DNA of 60,505 nucleotides, counting the filler. It is 6 parts of 6 records of this genome, joined end to end, with 100 filler letters (N's around TTAATTAATTAA, not from the genome) between each part and the next. Parts side by side here need not be neighbours in the genome. Positions count along the whole stretch, not along the records: positions 1 to 11,137 come from SRR22947727_654; 5 more parts are not named here. The stretch is one strand, 5' to 3'. The notes below the pieces were generated by a model. That model did no database searches, was not told the origin of the DNA, and saw only the letters and a list, made by a program, of their open reading frames with translations. Made by a program: the position numbers and the translations under genes. Below, in pieces: positions 1 to 10,813 of this stretch (position 1 is the first letter of the stretch; each line of letters begins with the position of its first letter).

Positions 1-636
1 AAAAATAAGCAGTAAAGAACTTAGTGATGTTAGGAAAACTAAAAGGAAAATGAAAATATAAATTAAGCTCACTCCAGAAATAAATACAGTGGCTACCCAT
101 GAACAGGTTAGTAGTATAGACTGGCCTAAATCTGGCTGATCTATTAACAAAATTAGAATAGAACAAAGTAATATAAAGCTTAAAAAATATTTAATTTGAG
201 GATTTTTAAATTTTTCAAGTGTTAATATTTTAGCTGTCATTAAAATAAAAAATGGTTTTAAAATTTCTATTGGTTGTAGTCTAAAAAAATAAAAATCTAT
301 CCATCGTTTAGCTCCTTTTACTTCAACACCTATCATTGGAACTAAAGCTAAAATTATAAAAGTTAAAATAAAAAATGGCACAATATATTTTATAAATATA
401 TCTGTTTTAATAAATGAAATAGAAATCATAATTGAGATAGCTAAAAAAGTAAAAATAAGATGCTTAGTAAAAAAAAAATAATAATCCTTGTTGAGTCTCT
501 CTCCAGCTAGAAATGACGTGGAAGAGAAAGAAAAAAATAAACCCAAAAAAAACAAAATAAAAAAACTAAATAGAATTTTTTTGTCAATAAATCTCCAGTA
601 ATTCGTAAGTTGATATTTAAATGTATCTTCTTGCAT
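1..636 (-). CDS. ftsW: FtsW/RodA (SEDS) peptidoglycan glycosyltransferase, 3' part outside window
   Basis: Not in ORF track; manual translation MQEDTFKYQLTNYWRFIDKK...VKGAKRWIDFYFFRLQPIEILKP...QPDLGQ shows SEDS motifs; directly downstream of murD. Confidence 0.93.
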   Translation of the reverse strand, partial: MQEDTFKYQLTNYWRFIDKKILFSFFILFFLGLFFSFSSTSFLAGERLNKDYYFFFTKHLIFTFLAISIMISISFIKTDIFIKYIVPFFILTFIILALVPMIGVEVKGAKRWIDFYFFRLQPIEILKPFFILMTAKILTLEKFKNPQIKYFLSFILLCSILILLIDQPDLGQSILLTCSWVATVFISGVSLIYIFIFLLVFLTSLSSLLLIF

Positions 637-1894
637 ATTTCCTACATAAAATTTTAAATTTTTCACCTCTTTTTTCAAAATTTTTAAATTGATCAAATGA
701 GGCCGCTGCGGGACTTAATAAAACGACTTTTTCATTTTTTTTTTGTAACTTAATATCGTTGAAAATCTGAATAATTGAATTCTTAAGATTTCTTGTAACT
801 GAAAAATTGATTATGTTTTTAATTTGATTTTTAAAAAAATTTATATTTTTGCCTATCAAATAGCATTTAATGATATTCTTTTTTAATTTTCCTAATTTTA
901 TTTTATCACCTTTTTTAGGTAGTCCTCCCAATATCCAGTAGATGTTTTCAATACCAGATAAGGCAAGTTGTGATGCTGCAAATGAAGTTGCTTTAGAGTC
1001 ATTAATAAAAGTAATATTTCTTTTTTTTAAAAAAAACTCAAATCTATGAGGCAGCCCCCTAAAAGCATTCATAGCTGAAATAAAAGATTTTTCACTAATT
1101 TTTAACAATTTAGCGAAGGTATATACAAAACTCACATTTTCATCATTGATATTAGAAGTTAAATATTTGTTATTTATTTTTAACTTTATTTTTTCATAAT
1201 CTTTATTTTTAGGAATAACTAATTTACTTAGAAATTTTTTTTTTATAAAATTTTTTTTTAATTTTTTATTAACTATTGCAATATTTTTTTTCTTTTGTAG
1301 TTGAAAAATTTTTAGCTTTGAAGCAAGATAGGCAGCTTTGCTCCCATGCCAATTTAAATGATCATTACTGAAATTAAGAAAAAAAGCATAATCTGGATAA
1401 ATAAATTTAGAATGTGAAAGCTGAAATGAAGATGCTTCTATAACAACATAATTATTTTTATTATATTTTTCATTTAATATTGGTGTGCCAATATTTCCTA
1501 CTAATGATGACTTTAATTTATTTTTGTGCAGAAGGTGCGTTAATAATTTACAAGTTGTAGATTTACCATTAGTACCTGTAACCACTATGGTTTTAAGATT
1601 TTTTTTTGTTAAATAAAACAAATCTATATCTGTTATTATTTTTTTTTTGAATTTATTTAGTTTTTTATTCTTTATTAAACTTATACCAGGTGACAATACA
1701 ATGAAATCAACTTGATTTAGTGTTTGAGCTAAATTCTTTGCTTTAAAGTTTTTATATTTAATTTTTTTATTATCATCCCATATCTTAAAGTTTTTTATTT
1801 TATTTTTATTAAAAAATTTGATTACTGAAATACCGGTCGAACCTAGACCATAAACAAGGAACGAACGTTCTTTGAGTTCTTGAATTTGATTCAT
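617..1894 (-). CDS. murD: UDP-MurNAc-L-Ala:D-Glu ligase
   Basis: GLGSTG, SPGI, TGTNGKSTT, EASSFQL, GLPHRFE, NDSKAT, LLSPAAASFDQF motifs; dcw position. Confidence 0.97.
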   Translation of the reverse strand: MNQIQELKERSFLVYGLGSTGISVIKFFNKNKIKNFKIWDDNKKIKYKNFKAKNLAQTLNQVDFIVLSPGISLIKNKKLNKFKKKIITDIDLFYLTKKNLKTIVVTGTNGKSTTCKLLTHLLHKNKLKSSLVGNIGTPILNEKYNKNNYVVIEASSFQLSHSKFIYPDYAFFLNFSNDHLNWHGSKAAYLASKLKIFQLQKKKNIAIVNKKLKKNFIKKKFLSKLVIPKNKDYEKIKLKINNKYLTSNINDENVSFVYTFAKLLKISEKSFISAMNAFRGLPHRFEFFLKKRNITFINDSKATSFAASQLALSGIENIYWILGGLPKKGDKIKLGKLKKNIIKCYLIGKNINFFKNQIKNIINFSVTRNLKNSIIQIFNDIKLQKKNEKVVLLSPAAASFDQFKNFEKRGEKFKILCRKYARRYI

Positions 1895-1897
1895 ATT

Positions 1898-2983
1898 TTA
1901 CCTTAGTTTTAATGTTGCTAGTCCTACTAATGCTAGAATAATAGCAATTATCCAAAATCGAATTACGATTGTTGATTCTGCCCACCCTTTTTTTTCAAAG
2001 TGATGGTGAATTGGCGCCATTTTAAAAATTCTTTTACCAGTTAATTTATAGGAGACCACTTGAATAATTACTGAAACTGTTTCCAAAACAAATAAACCTC
2101 CAATGATTGCTAATACGATCTCGTGTTTAACTATAATTGCTATAGCTGCTAATGAACCTCCTAAAGAAAGTGAACCTGTGTCCCCCATAAAAATTTTTGC
2201 TGGGGGAGCGTTATACCATAGAAAACCTAAACAGGCTCCGACTACTGAACCGCAAAAAATAGATAACTCGCCTACATCAGGAATATATTGGATCTGTAAA
2301 TATTCAGAAAAAATTGTATTGCCAACAACATATGAAATTAATGTAAAAGAAATTGCCACCAACATTACCGGCACAGTTGCTAATCCATCTAAACCATCAG
2401 TTAAATTTACAGCATTAGATGCGCCAATAATAACGAACAAACCAAAAGGTAAAAAAAATAAACCCATATACCATATTAAATTTTTAAAAAATGGAAAATA
2501 AAGATTGAATAAATATTCATGTTCAGAATATTTTACTAAAATAAACAAAGTAATTGCGCTAATTATAATTTGACCAATAAATTTATATTTAGATTTAAGT
2601 CCTCTAGAGTTTTTAAACTTTATCTTTAATGCGTCATCTAATAAACCTAGCGCACCCAAAGCTAAGCAAACAAAAATTAAAGTCCAAATATATATATTTT
2701 TTAAATCAGCCCATAAAAGTGTGCTAAATAAAATACCAATAATAATAATAACTCCACCCATAGTGGGTGTGCCAGATTTTTTTATAATGTGATCGATTGG
2801 GCCATCTTGTCTTATTGGTCCCGTTATCATATTTTCTGAAAATAATTTAATAAAAGGTCCTCCAATTATAAATACAACGACCAAAGAAGTAACAACGGCC
2901 AATCCAGTTCTAAATGTAAGATATTTAAACACATTTAAAAAAGAATATTGGTCAATTAAAGAAGTTAATAAATTAAATAACAT
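1898..2983 (-). CDS. mraY: Phospho-MurNAc-pentapeptide translocase
   Basis: KSGTPTMGG, NAVNLTDGLDGL, FMGDTGSL, MAPIHHHFE. Confidence 0.98.
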   Translation of the reverse strand: MLFNLLTSLIDQYSFLNVFKYLTFRTGLAVVTSLVVVFIIGGPFIKLFSENMITGPIRQDGPIDHIIKKSGTPTMGGVIIIIGILFSTLLWADLKNIYIWTLIFVCLALGALGLLDDALKIKFKNSRGLKSKYKFIGQIIISAITLFILVKYSEHEYLFNLYFPFFKNLIWYMGLFFLPFGLFVIIGASNAVNLTDGLDGLATVPVMLVAISFTLISYVVGNTIFSEYLQIQYIPDVGELSIFCGSVVGACLGFLWYNAPPAKIFMGDTGSLSLGGSLAAIAIIVKHEIVLAIIGGLFVLETVSVIIQVVSYKLTGKRIFKMAPIHHHFEKKGWAESTIVIRFWIIAIILALVGLATLKLR

Positions 2984-5743
2984 CTAAATTCCTTTTATCA
3001 TTTTTTTACTAAAATCATTAAGTCCTGTAGAGTTTGAGCCTTTAATCATTAAATAGTCATTGTTTGAAATTATTTTGCTTAAACTTAAATCTATATCTTC
3101 ATCATTTTGAAAAATATTTCCTCTTTTTTCTCTATTAATATGTTTATAAGTGAAAAGAGTTTTTTTTCCCTTAATGAATAATTTGTCAATATCAGAATTG
3201 TTAATAACTTTAGATAATTCTTCATGAAACTTTTTAGATTTAGAACCTAATTCAAGCATATCTCCAAGTATTAAATATTTCTTAAATTTCTCTTTTTTGA
3301 TTAAGCTTAGCTTTTTAATAGCATTTTTTACTGATAAAGGATTTGCATTATAACTCTCATCAATAAATTTAAATTTTTTCTTATATCGTAAAATAATATA
3401 TTTTTTTCCTCTTCCTTCTGGTGAATTAAAATTTTTAAATTTTGTTAAAACTTTTAAAAAGTCAATCTTAAGTTCTTTTAAAACCGCTAAAGACGCTAAA
3501 ACATTGTAAATATTAATGTCTCTAATTTCAAAATTTATCTTTTGTTTTTTTATTTTAATAATAACTTTTGAATTGTTTTTTTGATTAATAATTTTTTCAA
3601 GGCGCACATCGGATTTTTTATGTCTTCCAAAAGTAGTGACATTTAATTTATATTTTTTAGCTTTTTTATATAAATAATTAAAAAATTTATCATCTCTATT
3701 TAAAATTATCGTTCCTCCAACTTTAATATTTTCTATCATTTCTGACTTAGCTTTTGCTATGCCGTTAATATTTTTAAAATTTTCTATATGCGCTTCGCCA
3801 ATATTTGTAATTATTCCAATTTTTGGTTTAATTAAGCTGGTTAAATTTCGAATTTCTCCAGAATTACTCATGCCAACCTCAAATACTCCAAACTTATCTT
3901 CATAGCTTAAATTTGATAAACTAATGGGAACTCCAAGATGGTTGTTAAATGATCTAGGTGAAAAATGAGTTTTTCCAAAGTATTTTAGTAAATCTTTGAT
4001 TAAGTTTTTTAAGGATGTTTTGCCAGCACTTCCCGTAATAGCAATGATATTAGCTTGAGTATATTTGCGTTTTAGTTTGGCAAAACTATTCAGGAATAAT
4101 ATTGTATTTTTGATTTTTATTATTTTTTTACTTTTTCTAACATTATAGGCAGTAGCAACGCATCCAGCCCCTTTTTTTAGCGCTATATTTATGTATTTAT
4201 TTCCATCATGATATTTTCCTTTAATTGCTAGAAATAAATTTTCTTTTTTGATTGTCCTTGTGTCGGTTGAAAGGCCATTAAATTTAAAATTTTTTGGTTT
4301 GTTTATAATTTCTTTTAAAATCAAATTATTCTGTAAGTAATTTTGATTTTTACTGTATTTAATTTTATGTTTAAGATTTATTTTCATTATAATTTGTTTA
4401 TCTGAAATATTTAATATTTTATTTTTGTAAATTTGTTTATCTTCATGACCTTTCCCCGCAACTAAAATTATTTCACCAGGTTCAGCATTTTGGATGGCTT
4501 TTTTAATAGCCAATTCTCTTTTACCAATATTAAAAACTTTATTTTTTGAAATATACTTTAAAAGTTGAATCCTTATTTTTAGAGGGCTTTCACTTCTTGG
4601 ATTGTCATCAGTAATATAAATTTTTTTACAATTAATATCTGCTATCTTTGCCATTAGTGGCCTCTTTTTTTTGTCTCTTTCACCCCCACAACCAAATACT
4701 AGGGTTATGTTGTCTCCAAAATCTTGTTTTAAAGATTTTAGAGTTTGCAATAAAGCGTCTGGGGTATGAGCATAATCTATGAAAACTTTAATATTATTTT
4801 TAAATTTTTTAATAAGTTCTAATCGGCCGTTGACATCTTTTATTTTTTTTAAGGATTGAAATATAAATTTTTCTTTTATTCCACATATTTTTGCTGCCTG
4901 ATATGCCATTGCTAAATTTTTTACTTTAAAGCTATTAGATGAATATTTTGTGATCATTTTAATTTTTTCTAATTGCTTGCTAATGTCAATGACTTTTAAG
5001 TTTTTTTTATTTGCTATCGAACACAGTTTAGTGAATGGTTGAATATTTTTATCTGTTATAATTGTAGTATTTTTACCTAAAATTTCTTTAAATAATAATA
5101 ATTTTGCATCTAAATATGACTTCATAGTTTTGTGGTAATCGAGGTGGTCCTGGCTAAAATTTGTAAAAATTCCTGCTTTAAATTTAATATCGTGCATTCT
5201 TTTTTGGTGCAAACCGTGGCTTGATGCTTCTATAAAGACATTGTCAATTTTTTTTTTTTTTAAATATTGTAAATTTTTATGCAGTGAGATTGTATCCGGC
5301 GAGGTAAGATTTGTTTTAATAATTTTATTGTTATATTTTATTCCCAAAGTTCCAATTGTTGCTACAGGTATTTTATTACTTTTTAGAATTTGATAAAAAG
5401 TATCTGCTACTGAGGTCTTTCCATTAGTTCCTGTTACAGCAAAAATATTTTTAGGTTTTAATGGATAAAATTTTGAAGCTATTTTGCTTAAAAGATGTCT
5501 TATCTTATTTGTTTTTATTTTTAGAATATTTTTGGTTTTATTTTTACAAGCTTTAGAACAAACTACAACTGTGGCACCATTAAGAATCGCCTCAGGTATA
5601 AATTTTTCACCATTTGTTTTATTGCCTTTAATGGCAAAAAAAATATAATTTTTTTTAATTTCCTTGCTATTAGTTGAAATTCCAGAAATAAAAAAATCTT
5701 TTTTATTTTCAGGAATATTTTTAATTAAATTTTTCAACAACAT
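2984..5743 (-). CDS. murE-murF: Fused MurE-MurF ligase (919 aa)
   Basis: N-half GTNGKTS, EASSHG, DHLDYH, DYAHTPDAL, FGCGG, DDNPR, GKGHE (MurE, meso-DAP type); C-half GSAGKTS, SFNNHLGVP, DESYNANP, LGDMLELG (MurF); no stop between. Confidence 0.95.
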   Translation of the reverse strand: MLLKNLIKNIPENKKDFFISGISTNSKEIKKNYIFFAIKGNKTNGEKFIPEAILNGATVVVCSKACKNKTKNILKIKTNKIRHLLSKIASKFYPLKPKNIFAVTGTNGKTSVADTFYQILKSNKIPVATIGTLGIKYNNKIIKTNLTSPDTISLHKNLQYLKKKKIDNVFIEASSHGLHQKRMHDIKFKAGIFTNFSQDHLDYHKTMKSYLDAKLLLFKEILGKNTTIITDKNIQPFTKLCSIANKKNLKVIDISKQLEKIKMITKYSSNSFKVKNLAMAYQAAKICGIKEKFIFQSLKKIKDVNGRLELIKKFKNNIKVFIDYAHTPDALLQTLKSLKQDFGDNITLVFGCGGERDKKKRPLMAKIADINCKKIYITDDNPRSESPLKIRIQLLKYISKNKVFNIGKRELAIKKAIQNAEPGEIILVAGKGHEDKQIYKNKILNISDKQIIMKINLKHKIKYSKNQNYLQNNLILKEIINKPKNFKFNGLSTDTRTIKKENLFLAIKGKYHDGNKYINIALKKGAGCVATAYNVRKSKKIIKIKNTILFLNSFAKLKRKYTQANIIAITGSAGKTSLKNLIKDLLKYFGKTHFSPRSFNNHLGVPISLSNLSYEDKFGVFEVGMSNSGEIRNLTSLIKPKIGIITNIGEAHIENFKNINGIAKAKSEMIENIKVGGTIILNRDDKFFNYLYKKAKKYKLNVTTFGRHKKSDVRLEKIINQKNNSKVIIKIKKQKINFEIRDINIYNVLASLAVLKELKIDFLKVLTKFKNFNSPEGRGKKYIILRYKKKFKFIDESYNANPLSVKNAIKKLSLIKKEKFKKYLILGDMLELGSKSKKFHEELSKVINNSDIDKLFIKGKKTLFTYKHINREKRGNIFQNDEDIDLSLSKIISNNDYLMIKGSNSTGLNDFSKKMIKGI

Positions 5744-7442
5744 ACTGGTCAGTAAACTCTTTGTTATTTATGGCTAAAATTGGCCCAATTTTTTCTATTA
5801 TTTTGCCCGCAACATAAACAGAATTCCAACCAGAGGTATTATAGGGAGCTTTAGTTTTAACCCCTCTATATTCATAAATAAGATCTTTATTGATCTTAGG
5901 GTTTTCTAACATTACAAATAAAGTATAATTGGGCTTATTTGAGGGAAATATAGAAATAAAAGTGTTTATTCTATTTTTTTTATCACCGTAACTCTCAGCA
6001 GTTCCAGTTTTTCCGCCCACATAATATCCATCTTTATCAGCTAAACTTGCTGTTCCTTCATTGCTGCTCACAACTTTTCTTAAAATTTTTCTTAGTTCAT
6101 TACTAGTTTCATTGGAAATTATTTTTTCTAATTTTTTAGTCTTTTTATCATGAATTATGCTTGGTACAAATAATTCACCTCCATTTACCATCGCAGCATA
6201 TAAAGATGTGGCTTGAAGAGGTGTGGTAGTGATTCCATGTCCAAATGATACTGTTTCTAATTTACATTTATTCCAATTTAACAAATGTGGGACTCCAACC
6301 TCTTCTAATTCGATCTTAGGATTCTTTGTTATTTTAGTTTTTTTAATAAAATTCTTGTAATGGCTCTCGCCAATTTTTTTTGCCAGGATCACTGATCCTA
6401 AATTAGAAGATCTTATCAAAATATCTTCTACTGATAAGCTTGAAGGATGTTCTTTCATATCTTTAATTTCGTGTATAGAGCATTTGATTTTTTTTGGGAT
6501 ATCTTTAATAACTGTATGAGCTTCAACTAGATCATGGTCAAGTGCTAAAGCTATGGTAAAAGTTTTAAAAATTGAACCAAGTTCATAGACGCCTTTGGTA
6601 ATTTTATTAATGTACTTATCATCCTTTATTTCAGCTCTTTGATTAATATCAAAATTTGGCAGTGAAACTAAGGATATTATCTTACCGCTATTTACATCCA
6701 TTAATAATGCACCACCACCAGTCGCTTGAAAAGTTTTTATTGCATCATCTAATTCTTTATTTATTATATATTGAATATTGCTATCTAAAGATAATTTTAA
6801 AGGATGTTTTAATAAATTTTTGTTTTTTAGATCTCTATCAAAATATTTTTCTACACCAGAAATTCCATAATTATCATAATCAACCTGACCAATAATGTGA
6901 CTAAATAAATTTCCGTGGGTGTACATTCTTGCTTGAAAAGGTTCGAATTTTATTGCCTTTTCTCCAAGTGCCCAGAATTTATCTTTTTCAGCCTGGTCAA
7001 TTCTTTTCTTAATTCTAAAGTATTTATTTTGATTTATTTTTTCTTGAATTTCATTAAAGGGTAAGTCAGGAAAATTGAGTCTTAATTTAATTAAAAAATT
7101 TTTTTTATCTTTGATAAACTTCGGATTAATTGCAACGTGAAAGGTATTAATATTTCTAGAAATTATTACATTATTTCTATCAACTATATCTCTCCTTAAA
7201 AGTGAAAATTCCGAGTTGTGTTTTTCTAAATTAAAGATTTCTTTTTTATTTAGAGATATATAAGTAATTTTAATTGAAAAAATTAGTATTAGAGAAAAAA
7301 AGAAAAAAAATAATAAGTAAATTCTATCTTGCAAATTATTTGACTTTTTTAATGTCTTATTTTTTTTATTTGTTTCTAAATAATCTTCAAAATAAAAACT
7401 TGCTTGGTTAATATTATTGTTTTTTTTGATTTTCTTTTTCAT
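5721..7442 (-). CDS. ftsI: Class B penicillin-binding protein (division transpeptidase)
   Basis: N-terminal TM, RRDIVDRN, SxxK (GSIFK), SxN (SSN), KTG; dcw position. Confidence 0.95.
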   Translation of the reverse strand: MKKKIKKNNNINQASFYFEDYLETNKKNKTLKKSNNLQDRIYLLFFFFFSLILIFSIKITYISLNKKEIFNLEKHNSEFSLLRRDIVDRNNVIISRNINTFHVAINPKFIKDKKNFLIKLRLNFPDLPFNEIQEKINQNKYFRIKKRIDQAEKDKFWALGEKAIKFEPFQARMYTHGNLFSHIIGQVDYDNYGISGVEKYFDRDLKNKNLLKHPLKLSLDSNIQYIINKELDDAIKTFQATGGGALLMDVNSGKIISLVSLPNFDINQRAEIKDDKYINKITKGVYELGSIFKTFTIALALDHDLVEAHTVIKDIPKKIKCSIHEIKDMKEHPSSLSVEDILIRSSNLGSVILAKKIGESHYKNFIKKTKITKNPKIELEEVGVPHLLNWNKCKLETVSFGHGITTTPLQATSLYAAMVNGGELFVPSIIHDKKTKKLEKIISNETSNELRKILRKVVSSNEGTASLADKDGYYVGGKTGTAESYGDKKNRINTFISIFPSNKPNYTLFVMLENPKINKDLIYEYRGVKTKAPYNTSGWNSVYVAGKIIEKIGPILAINNKEFTDQYVVEKFN

Positions 7443-7755
7443 TTAAATTATTTAAGGTTGAAAATTTATTTTGGCTAAAAGTAAATGCAGAAATATTTAA
7501 AAATATTTTTGAATGTTTAATTGGTTTGTAATTATTATTTTCAATTAAACTTAATTTAGTTTCTATTTTTGCAGGTGACGAGAGATAATGAAAGTCTAAT
7601 TGAGCCTCATTAACATTTTTTTCCTTTGATATTATTTTAACATTTAAATTGATAATTTTTTTTTCTAATAACCTAGATTCATTTTTTATAAGTGAAGTAA
7701 TAATTAAAAAAGTTAAAAATAAAGTAGTGCAAATAATATATTTTGTTCTAAACAT
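7414..7755 (-). CDS. ftsL: Cell division protein FtsL-like
   Basis: One N-terminal TM plus coiled coil ending YLSSPAKIE; lies between rsmH and ftsI. Confidence 0.75.
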   Translation of the reverse strand: MFRTKYIICTTLFLTFLIITSLIKNESRLLEKKIINLNVKIISKEKNVNEAQLDFHYLSSPAKIETKLSLIENNNYKPIKHSKIFLNISAFTFSQNKFSTLNNLNEKENQKKQ

Positions 7756-8758
7756 TAATAGCCTCTAGATCCAAAAGTTTTTTAAAGTTTTTTAATAGTT
7801 CCTCTGGCAATTCAAATTTGTTTTTGCTTCTAATCGCAAATCTTAATTTTGCAGATCGTGATCTATTATTTATATTTATTTCTTCTTTGGAGGGTCTTAG
7901 AACTCTGTTTCTATATTCATTGAATAAAGCTTTTTCTATAACTTTTTTTTCTGGAAAATATCTAGATGGTCTAGATTTATTTGTAGAAAAATTTGTAAAA
8001 AAATATTTTACAATTCTGTCTTCTAATGAATGAAAACTAATTACTAAAATTTTGCCTCCTGGTTTTAATCTTTTAGTAGCATTAATAACTCCAATTAATA
8101 ATTCTGTTATTTCTTTATTAACAAAAATCCTGAGTGCTTGAAAAGTTTTTGTGCATGGGTTTATTTTATTAAAAAAAATTTTTCTTTTACTTTTTTCAAT
8201 AATTTTAACTAAGTCAGCAGTATTAGTAATTTTTTTTTCACTACGATGTTTTACAATATTTTTAGCAATTTTGAATGCTTCCTTTTCTTCTCCTAAAATT
8301 TTTATAACTGTTCTTAAGTCCACTTCACTTAAATTGTTAACTGCCTCCAAAGCTGAAAATTCATTTAGTCCCATACCCATATCTAATTTTTTTTTCGATT
8401 TAAATGAGAACCCTCTATTTAGATCATCTAACTGAATGGAAGATAAGCCCAGATCAAAAATTACTGCATCAACATAGTCGTTAGAAATACTATCAAGCTG
8501 ACTAAATTTTTTCTGATAAAATTTAAATCTTTTTGGAAATTTGAGTTCAAGTTCTTTTGCTATTGGTAATACCTTTTTATCTCTATCAAATGCCTGAACG
8601 TAAGTTTTTGAAAACTTAAGAATTTCTCTAGAATAGCCACCGCTACCAAATGTGCAGTCAATAAATCTTCCTCCTTTGAATGGTGAAGATATTTTTAAAA
8701 CCTCATTCAACATCACTGGAAAATGGAAGAGTTCCAGTGATGAAGTAGGATTGTTCAT
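7748..8758 (-). CDS. rsmH: 16S rRNA m4C1402 methyltransferase
   Basis: HFPVMLNE, DCTFGSGGYS, FDLGLSSIQLD, RGFSF, ISFHSLEDR, RSRSAKLR. Confidence 0.97.
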   Translation of the reverse strand: MNNPTSSLELFHFPVMLNEVLKISSPFKGGRFIDCTFGSGGYSREILKFSKTYVQAFDRDKKVLPIAKELELKFPKRFKFYQKKFSQLDSISNDYVDAVIFDLGLSSIQLDDLNRGFSFKSKKKLDMGMGLNEFSALEAVNNLSEVDLRTVIKILGEEKEAFKIAKNIVKHRSEKKITNTADLVKIIEKSKRKIFFNKINPCTKTFQALRIFVNKEITELLIGVINATKRLKPGGKILVISFHSLEDRIVKYFFTNFSTNKSRPSRYFPEKKVIEKALFNEYRNRVLRPSKEEININNRSRSAKLRFAIRSKNKFELPEELLKNFKKLLDLEAINV

Positions 8759-8776
8759 GGGTGTAAAGTTTGGACA

Positions 8777-10276
8777 TTAAAACTTTTGTTTTCGTAGAAA
8801 TGCTGGAATTTCAAAATCTTCTTCCTCATTTAAATCCTGATTAAATAATTGTTCCTTGTTATCACTATTATTTAGATCGCTATTTTCTGAATTATAATCT
8901 TCTAATTGATTACTTTGTTCTTCAGAAAATAATTTTGGAGTGTATTCTTCTTCGCTATTTTCATTTATAGCCAAATTATTTATATCATCCTCTATATTAT
9001 TTTTTTCAATATAGGATGCACTTTCAATTGAAACGCCTGTTGGGATATTATCTAAATTATTTTTTGTTTCTGTTGATGTGCTGATTAACTTTTCATTTTC
9101 TATATTATTTTCAATTTCATTTGTTGAAATGGTTTGCTGTTCCTCCTGTATTTCATAACTTTCATCAAGCTTTAAAGCAGTAGCACCATGAATTGAATTT
9201 ATAGCAGTATTTTCAGTCTTAGGTTTGTGGGAAAATAAGTTTTCTGAATAGCCTACATTTCTATTCTGAATCCGAGAGACCATATTTAGAATTGTTTTAT
9301 TTTCATCTCTATGGCCGTCAAGTGCTGTTGCAACTATAGAAACTCTTATTTTACCTGTCATATTCTCATCTTTAATTGCGCCAAAAATTAATTCGGCTTC
9401 AGGATCTACTTCTGCTCTAATTTTATTAACTGATTGATCAACTTCAAATAAAGTTAGATCATTACCACCAGTTATATTTATCAATAAACCTTTTGCTCCT
9501 TGAAGAGAATATTCGTCAATTAGAGGATTATTAAGAGCCATTTCTGTGGCTGCCATTGCTCTATTCTCTCCATCTGCTTCTCCTGTTCCCATCATTGCTT
9601 TGCCCATTGAACTCATTACAGTTTCAACATCCGCAAAATCAAGATTGATCATGCCTGGTCTAACCATTAGATCTGTAACACTTTGCACTCCATGTTTTAA
9701 AACATTGTTCGATAGATTGAATGACTCTTCAAAAGTAGTTGTCTCACTTGCAATTTTAAAAAGATTTTGATTTGGTACAACTATAACTGTATCTAGATGT
9801 TTTTTAAATTGTTCCAGTCCTTCAATAGCTCTTCTCATTCTTTTAGGGCCTTCGTAAGAAAAGGGTAAGGTAGTAACACCTACAGTTAAAATATTTAATT
9901 CTCTTGCTGCCCTTGCTATTACATGTGAAGCCCCTGTTCCAGTTCCACCACCCATTCCTGATGTAATAAAAACCATGTTTGCACCTTGTATGTAACTTGT
10001 AATTTCATTTAAAGACTCGTCAGCTGCGGCTTGACCAATGTCATGTTTTGCTCCAGCGCCTAAACCTTTTGTTAAATTCATTCCAATTTGAATTTTTGCA
10101 TGTGCTTTACTCATTTTTAAATCTTGTGCATCTGTGTTTACTGCAACAAATTCAACACCTTCCATGCCAGCTTCAATCATTGCATTAATTGCATTCCCTC
10201 CAGCGCCACCTACTCCTAATACTAATATTCTAGGTTTTAATTCTCTTAGTTCTCCGCCACCTATATTTATACTCAT
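8777..10276 (-). CDS. ftsZ: Cell division GTPase FtsZ (499 aa from preferred start)
   Basis: [25 protein letters not shown]-terminal [13 protein letters not shown] at 10276 overlaps mraZ stop (ATGA) and follows GGGAGA RBS. Confidence 0.98.
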   Translation of the reverse strand: MSINIGGGELRELKPRILVLGVGGAGGNAINAMIEAGMEGVEFVAVNTDAQDLKMSKAHAKIQIGMNLTKGLGAGAKHDIGQAAADESLNEITSYIQGANMVFITSGMGGGTGTGASHVIARAARELNILTVGVTTLPFSYEGPKRMRRAIEGLEQFKKHLDTVIVVPNQNLFKIASETTTFEESFNLSNNVLKHGVQSVTDLMVRPGMINLDFADVETVMSSMGKAMMGTGEADGENRAMAATEMALNNPLIDEYSLQGAKGLLINITGGNDLTLFEVDQSVNKIRAEVDPEAELIFGAIKDENMTGKIRVSIVATALDGHRDENKTILNMVSRIQNRNVGYSENLFSHKPKTENTAINSIHGATALKLDESYEIQEEQQTISTNEIENNIENEKLISTSTETKNNLDNIPTGVSIESASYIEKNNIEDDINNLAINENSEEEYTPKLFSEEQSNQLEDYNSENSDLNNSDNKEQLFNQDLNEEEDFEIPAFLRKQKF

Positions 10277-10737
10277 GATATTTCTCCCTTTTGTTTGTTT
10301 TCCCATTTTAAATTTGATCTATTTTGAAATGCTTTTTTTCTAGCAACAACTTTAAATTTCTCAAAATTAATTGGCTCCCATATTTGAAAAGTTTTTCCAA
10401 GCCCAACAAACAAAACATTATTTTTAATTTTTGCATGATTAAGTAACTTCTCAGAAAGAGAGATACGTCCTTCAGTGTCAAATTGTAAATTTTCACTTTC
10501 TGACAATATTGATGTCGCAAAAAAATCTCTTTTTTCTTCAAAAGGATTTAATGAGTCTATTGTGTTTGAAAGCTTTTCTATCCTATCAGGAGAACAAGCT
10601 TCTAGTGCCGTGTGATTGAATGAGGGATAGCTTATAAAGCTGTTATAGCCCGTTGAATTTAAGTGAGATCTAAATGTTGCTGGCACTGAAACACGTCCCT
10701 TCTTGTCTATTTTGTTTTCGTAACTTGATAAAAACAT
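10273..10737 (-). CDS. mraZ: dcw cluster transcriptional repressor MraZ
   Basis: IDKKGRVSVPATFR and FDTEGRI repeats, FVGLGKTFQIW; first protein gene of the cluster. Confidence 0.97.
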   Translation of the reverse strand: MFLSSYENKIDKKGRVSVPATFRSHLNSTGYNSFISYPSFNHTALEACSPDRIEKLSNTIDSLNPFEEKRDFFATSILSESENLQFDTEGRISLSEKLLNHAKIKNNVLFVGLGKTFQIWEPINFEKFKVVARKKAFQNRSNLKWENKQKGEIS

Positions 10738-10788
10738 TTTTAATTAAAAACCTATTAGTATTTATATTTTTCAATCTACCCTCCATTA

Positions 10789-10813
10789 TGGGATTATTTG
10801 GGATAGTATGGGT
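10789..10813. promoter_or_regulatory. MraZ-binding direct repeats (3x TGGGN, 10-bp period)
   Basis: TGGGA-ttatt-TGGGA-tagta-TGGGT at 10789, 10799, 10809, upstream of mraZ; matches the known MraZ operator architecture. Confidence 0.85.

Noticed and set aside
10277-10306. 10-aa N-terminal extension of FtsZ
   Set aside because: Lies within mraZ and contains the RBS for ATG 10276
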